The notes beneath the pieces are model-generated. The model saw nothing but the letters and a program-made list of their open reading frames with translations. It had not been told where the DNA came from and did not search any database. A stretch of 64,000 nt of DNA from an uncultured Acidobacteriota bacterium (GTDB lineage: Bacteria; Acidobacteriota; Vicinamibacteria; Vicinamibacterales; UBA8438): contig CAJWLU010000009.1 of the NCBI GenBank assembly GCA_913043225.1, positions 76,162 to 140,161 on the forward strand. Direction: 5' to 3'. Both the position numbers and the translations under genes were made by a program. Of the stretch, positions 59,277 through 64,000 are shown in pieces. The stretch's first letter is position 1. Each line of letters starts with the position of its first letter.

Positions 59277-60266
59277 ATGTCGGAGCCTATCACCGCTCGT
59301 CAGTTCTGGATTCGCGCGCCTGGGGTCGGCGAGATCCGCGAAGGGGCGCTGCCTGGCGCCGGACCAGACAGTGTGATGGTTGAGACCCGCTTCTCAGGGA
59401 TCAGCCGGGGTACGGAGGCACTCGTCTTTCGCGGCGAGGTGCCGCCGTCCGAGTATCAGCGGATGCGGGCGCCCTTCCAGGAGGGTGACTTCCCTGGACC
59501 GGTCAAGTACGGCTATAGCAGCGTCGGTCTGGTGGTTGACGGCCCGGCCGAGCTCCGCGACCAGATGGTGTTCTGTTTGCATCCGCATCAGGACCGCTAC
59601 CTAGTCCCGGCGTCCGCGGTGACGCTGCTCCCGCCCGAGGTGCCGGCCTCGCGCGCTGTGCTGGCCGCGAACATGGAAACGGCGGTCAATATCCTGTGGG
59701 ACGCGACGCCCCGGGTGGGCGACCGCATCGTGGTGGTTGGTGCAGGGGTGGTGGGTCTTCTGTCGGCTTGGCTCGCCACCCGGCTGCCCGCGGCCGACGT
59801 CAGCGTAGTGGATGTCGACCCAGGCCGCCGGGCCACGGCCGAATCGCTCGGACTGGCCTTCAGCACCGAAGCGCCGGTCGGGGCAGACGCTGATCTGGTG
59901 ATCCACGCCAGCGGTCAGCCGGCCGGGCTGGCGGCTGCGCTCGAGGCGGCCGGCGTGGAAGGTACCGTCATTGAGGCCAGTTGGTATGGCAGCCGGTCAG
60001 TGTCGGTGCCGCTGGGTGAGGCGTTCCACGCCCGCCGGCTGACGATACGGAGCAGTCAAGTTGGGCGGGTACCGGCTGACCGCACCCCGCGATGGGATCA
60101 TGGCCGCCGACTCGCAGTGGCGCTCTCGTTGCTGAGTGACCCGAGGCTTGACGCGCTCCTCAGTGGAGAGAGCAGTTTCGACGAGCTCCCGATTACGATG
60201 CGGACGCTGAGCGAGGGACCGGCGGGCGTGCTCTGTCACCGCATTCGCTACCGTGACGACGGGTGA
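59277..60266 (+). CDS. Zinc-binding (MDR) dehydrogenase-like protein
   Basis: [35 protein letters not shown]. Confidence 0.85.
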   Translation: MSEPITARQFWIRAPGVGEIREGALPGAGPDSVMVETRFSGISRGTEALVFRGEVPPSEYQRMRAPFQEGDFPGPVKYGYSSVGLVVDGPAELRDQMVFCLHPHQDRYLVPASAVTLLPPEVPASRAVLAANMETAVNILWDATPRVGDRIVVVGAGVVGLLSAWLATRLPAADVSVVDVDPGRRATAESLGLAFSTEAPVGADADLVIHASGQPAGLAAALEAAGVEGTVIEASWYGSRSVSVPLGEAFHARRLTIRSSQVGRVPADRTPRWDHGRRLAVALSLLSDPRLDALLSGESSFDELPITMRTLSEGPAGVLCHRIRYRDDG

Positions 60267-60294
60267 GTCCCGCGAGAGAGGAGTCGAGATCCCG

Positions 60295-60693
60295 GTGTAC
60301 AGCCTCAACGTTCGTGACCACGCGATGATCGCCCACAGCTTCCAAGGCGAGATCTTCGGGCCCGCGCAGCGCCTCCATGGTGCGACCTACGTCGTGGACG
60401 CCACCTTCCGTCGCGCCGAGCTCGATGACGATGGGCTGGTAGTCGATATCGGGCTCGCCAGCGAGCAGCTGCGGAACGTGCTGGCCGGACTGAACTACCG
60501 CAATCTCGACGACGAACCGGCGTTTGCCGGGCGTAACACTACCACCGAGTTTCTGGCTCATCACATCCATGACCAGCTATCTGCCGCGATTCACAACGGC
60601 TCCCTCGGAGTGGGTGCCCAGGGGCTCACCAGTCTTACCGTGACGCTCCACGAGTCGCACATCGCCTGGGGTAGCTACGAAGGACCGGTGTGA
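60295..60693 (+). CDS. 6-pyruvoyl-tetrahydropterin synthase/QueD-like protein
   Basis: [39 protein letters not shown]. Confidence 0.85.
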   Translation: MYSLNVRDHAMIAHSFQGEIFGPAQRLHGATYVVDATFRRAELDDDGLVVDIGLASEQLRNVLAGLNYRNLDDEPAFAGRNTTTEFLAHHIHDQLSAAIHNGSLGVGAQGLTSLTVTLHESHIAWGSYEGPV

Positions 60694-61766
60694 CGGCGGC
60701 CGAGCTAGACGTGGTGGTGCCTGGGGCGATCACCCAGCGCACCGGCGGTTACATCTACGATGCGCGGATGGTAGACGGTCTACGCGGACTCGGTTGGACG
60801 GTCAGGGTCCACGAGTTGGCGGGACGGTTTCCCGACGGGGGTGAGGGCGGGGAGCGCGCCCTCCGTAGCACGCTCGCGAACATGGCCGACGGGCGGTTGG
60901 TGCTGATCGACGGCCTCGCGGCGGGCGCGTTGCCGCGCCCGGTCAGTGAGGCATCGGACCGGCTACGTGTCGTTGCACTGGTCCATCACCCGCTCGGCGA
61001 TGAGAGCGGTCTCGACACCAAAACGAGCGAACGTTTCCTCCACTTAGAGAGGGAGACCTTGTCGGCGTGCCGCGGCGTCGTCGTGACCAGCCGCTTCACC
61101 CAGGGCCGCCTCGCCGGCCTGGGTGTGCCAGAGGGGCGCATTCGGGTGGTTCGACCAGGCACCGACCCTGTCGTCGCTGTTCGGGCGCCGGAAGCGTCGC
61201 CGCCCGTGCTGCTGACCGTCGGCTCCGTGGTGCCGAGGAAGGGTCAACTCGAGCTGGCTCGCACCCTCGCGCGGCTGTCCGCGCTGCCGTGGGAGTGGGT
61301 GTGTCTCGGGAGTCTCGATCGGGACCATGCCTATGCCACGGCAGTACGAGACTGTCTCGATGAGGCCGGGTTGTCCTCGCGCGTCCGCTGGCTCGGCGAG
61401 TGTGACGGCGACACCGTACATAGGTGGTATCGGCGGGCGAGCCTGTTCGTGATGCCGTCGTACTACGAGGGATACGGGATGGCGCTCGCCGATGCCGTGG
61501 CCTACGGCGTACCGGTGGTCAGCACCACCGGAGGGGCCATTCCCTACACCGTTCCTGCCGCAGCGGCGTTACTGGTGCCGCCGGGGGATGAGGTCGCCCT
61601 CGGCGCGGCGCTCGAGTCGTTGCTTTCATGCAAGGGAGGCGAGGAACGCCGTGCGACCCTAGCCGCTGCGGCTCGCGACGAGGCGACGAAGCTGCCGGGC
61701 TGGGGTGACATGGTCCGGTCGTTTGCCCGCGCGCTCGAAGAGTTGGCCCCAGATGGAGCGATTTGA
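60690..61766 (+). CDS. Glycosyltransferase family 4
   Basis: [31 protein letters not shown]. Confidence 0.85.
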   Translation: MTAAELDVVVPGAITQRTGGYIYDARMVDGLRGLGWTVRVHELAGRFPDGGEGGERALRSTLANMADGRLVLIDGLAAGALPRPVSEASDRLRVVALVHHPLGDESGLDTKTSERFLHLERETLSACRGVVVTSRFTQGRLAGLGVPEGRIRVVRPGTDPVVAVRAPEASPPVLLTVGSVVPRKGQLELARTLARLSALPWEWVCLGSLDRDHAYATAVRDCLDEAGLSSRVRWLGECDGDTVHRWYRRASLFVMPSYYEGYGMALADAVAYGVPVVSTTGGAIPYTVPAAAALLVPPGDEVALGAALESLLSCKGGEERRATLAAAARDEATKLPGWGDMVRSFARALEELAPDGAI

Positions 61767-63342
61767 CGACGCCTGGCTCACGCTGCGCGAGCCCATCGAT
61801 CATCGCGCCAGGGCGTCGGCGCTCACCGACCGACTGTCGCAGGCCTGGAGTGCAGCCGGTTGGTCGCGTGTGGTGGATCTCGGCAGTGGCACCGGTTCCA
61901 ACCTCCGCTTCCTGGATGGGCGTCTGGCAGAGGTCGAAGAGTGGACACTGGTCGAACAGGACCCGGACCATGTCGCGCGCTTGCGCGCTGTGTCCCCGAC
62001 CTCGGGTCGGGTCGACGTGCAAACGCGGGATCTGGCCTCCTCAGCGGTCGAGGGCGTCTGGTCCGCCCACCTGGTGACTGCCTCCGCGCTGCTCGATCTC
62101 GTGTCCAAGTCGTGGCTGGAAACGCTGGTCGGCGCCTGCGCCGATGGGGCCTGCACGCTCGGACCGCCGGTCGATTGTGATGACGGCGAGGTCTGCACGT
62201 CGGACACCTGTGACGCGAACACCGGCTGTGTGCATAGCCCCGTGAACGCCGAGTGCCCGTATCCGGACGCGTCGTGTCAGGATACCCCGGATGGCTACAC
62301 GTGCGCGTGCAACGAGGGATTCGAGTGGACCGGGTCGATCTGCGGGAACATCGACAACTGCGACCCGGACCCGTGCGCCTTCGGGACCTGCGTGGATGGC
62401 GTCGGGGACTACAGCTGTATCTGTGACGAAGGGTGGGAGGGGCCGCAATGCGATCAGAACATCGACGACTGCGACCCGAACCCATGTCAGAACGGCGGAA
62501 CGTGCATCGATGGGGTCGCGAGCTACACCTGCGACTGTCCGGAGCCCTTCTTCGGTGACCATTGTGAGGAGGAGCAGGCACCTCCTGGTGACCAGACCTT
62601 CGACTATACGGGTGGGGTTCAGACCTTCGTCGTCCCGCCGGGCGTGTTCGCGATCACCATCGAAGCCTTCGGCGCGGAAGGCGGGACACCTCAGAGCAGC
62701 ATCAACGGCTGTAACCCGCCCGACACGGGGGGACTCGGGGGCTCCGCCTCGGGTGTGTTGACGGTGACGCCGGGCGAGACGCTGTGGATCTACGTCGGCG
62801 GTAAGGGCGGCCAAGGCAACTCCGGCGGCTTCAACGGCGGCGCCTTCGACGGCCGTTACATCTCCTTCAGCCCCTGGCGTGAGGATCCCGATCCCGACGA
62901 CGACCGGGACTTCACTCCACACGGAAAGGTCCTACGTTACGACACCGCAGGCGACGCCTCTTTCCTCCTCAAGTTCATCGAGTGCGGACACAACGGCGGG
63001 CTGACAGCATCGCTCCCCGGCCCCTCGTTCACGCTGATCACCTCGGACGGCACTCGAAGCGTCCGCGCGAATCGGACCGTCGATCCGGGATGGCATCACG
63101 TCTGTGCGACGTACGATGGATCCGCGGTCATCCTATACATCGACGGCGAAGAGGTTGGGCGGGAGAGCGCATCAGGGACTGTTCAGGATTCGCCAACGCC
63201 CGTATCCGTTGGCTCCCATCACGGCGGTGGCGCGAGTTTCAGGGGAACAATCGGTGAAGTCCGGATATCGAGTGTCGCACATTCAGCGGAGCAAATCCGT
63301 CAGACTTACAAAGGGTTTCAATCCTCAATCACTGATCAATAA
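61753..63342 (+). CDS. Chimeric ORF: methyltransferase N-half + CTDC/EGF repeats + Gly-rich domain + LamG-like domain
   Basis: WLTLREP.D, DLGSGTGSN, TASALLDLVS, then abrupt switches near 62140 and 62840. Confidence 0.5.
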   Translation: MERFDDAWLTLREPIDHRARASALTDRLSQAWSAAGWSRVVDLGSGTGSNLRFLDGRLAEVEEWTLVEQDPDHVARLRAVSPTSGRVDVQTRDLASSAVEGVWSAHLVTASALLDLVSKSWLETLVGACADGACTLGPPVDCDDGEVCTSDTCDANTGCVHSPVNAECPYPDASCQDTPDGYTCACNEGFEWTGSICGNIDNCDPDPCAFGTCVDGVGDYSCICDEGWEGPQCDQNIDDCDPNPCQNGGTCIDGVASYTCDCPEPFFGDHCEEEQAPPGDQTFDYTGGVQTFVVPPGVFAITIEAFGAEGGTPQSSINGCNPPDTGGLGGSASGVLTVTPGETLWIYVGGKGGQGNSGGFNGGAFDGRYISFSPWREDPDPDDDRDFTPHGKVLRYDTAGDASFLLKFIECGHNGGLTASLPGPSFTLITSDGTRSVRANRTVDPGWHHVCATYDGSAVILYIDGEEVGRESASGTVQDSPTPVSVGSHHGGGASFRGTIGEVRISSVAHSAEQIRQTYKGFQSSITDQ

Positions 63343-63373
63343 TCTCTGATCACGAATCGCCTCACTTCAACGT

Positions 63374-64000
63374 ATGCTAACGCTCAACACCAAAGACACA
63401 GGCTACCGCGGCATTTGGTACATGAACCAGCCGTCCGGTGACGAGTACGTCTACAAGTACAGCGGCGGACTCGGCACCTACTGCGCAAAGCATCAGCCCT
63501 TCGCGGTCTATTCGAAAGAGGCTAACAAGACCTTCTTCTGCTACGGCGGTACTTCGGAAGACTCCTTCCAGGCACTCCGGTCCATGGTCTCCTACTACGA
63601 CCACGAGACCGGCCTTGTTCCCCGCCCGACTGTTCTTCTGGACAAGAGCACGGACGACGCGCACGACAATCCCGTCATTTCCCTGGACAGTCAGGGCTAT
63701 GTCTGGATCTTTTCGACGGCCCATGGCCTGGCTCGCTCCGCCTACATCCACAGAAGCCTCGAGCCGTTTTCGATCGATGCGTTCGAGCACATTGACGCGA
63801 CACGCCAGGAGGCGGGTTGCCCCGTCCCTTTCGACAATTTCTCTTACATGCAGATCCGTGCTCTGCCCGAGGGCGGCTTCAGCGCTTTCCTTACTCACTA
63901 CAAGGACCCGGCACACCGTACGAGCTTCCACATCACGAGCTCGGATGGGGTTCATTGGAGCGAGTGGCGTCGACTTGCGGCAATCGAGGCGGGGCACTAT
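63374..64000 (+). CDS. BNR-4 repeat-like protein, 3'-truncated (absent from the ORF track)
   Basis: MLTLNTKDTGYRGIWY...KYSGGLGTY...DAHDNPVISLDSQGYVWIF...HG; frame open to the window end. Confidence 0.75.
   Translation, partial: MLTLNTKDTGYRGIWYMNQPSGDEYVYKYSGGLGTYCAKHQPFAVYSKEANKTFFCYGGTSEDSFQALRSMVSYYDHETGLVPRPTVLLDKSTDDAHDNPVISLDSQGYVWIFSTAHGLARSAYIHRSLEPFSIDAFEHIDATRQEAGCPVPFDNFSYMQIRALPEGGFSAFLTHYKDPAHRTSFHITSSDGVHWSEWRRLAAIEAGHY

Noticed and set aside
1..64000. rRNA, tRNA (including selC), intact IS, prophage or defence system
   Set aside because: None recognised by eye; a covariance-model scan would be needed to exclude small RNAs

Overview
GC-rich, gene-dense bacterial window. The gene content (four PQQ-type beta-propeller dehydrogenases, two DUF1592+DUF1552 modules, a DUF1549/DUF1553+DUF1501 module, tannase-family esterases, many secreted hypothetical proteins) suggests an Acidobacteriota (Vicinamibacteria-like) genome or MAG; this is inferred from content only. 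It also carries an atypical transketolase, an RNase HI with an N-terminal Zn ribbon, a four-gene Na+-translocating acyl-CoA decarboxylase operon, and a CDP-alcohol phosphatidyltransferase/dehydrogenase/PTPS/glycosyltransferase/methyltransferase cluster. The best find is a class I SAM methyltransferase (48591-49322) that the ORF track splits in two. It is one in-frame gene interrupted only by tandem TGA-TGA codons (48885-48890), followed 10 nt later by a SECIS-like hairpin, which makes it a candidate selenoprotein with two adjacent selenocysteines. Several intergenic gaps hold decayed gene fragments (DUF1080, Ser/Thr kinase, Sel1, possibly a transposase). The last ~1.9 kb looks like an in-frame chimera of unrelated sequences, probably a misassembly. 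I found no rRNA, tRNA, CRISPR array or intact mobile element. Family assignments come from recognising motifs by eye, not from database searches.
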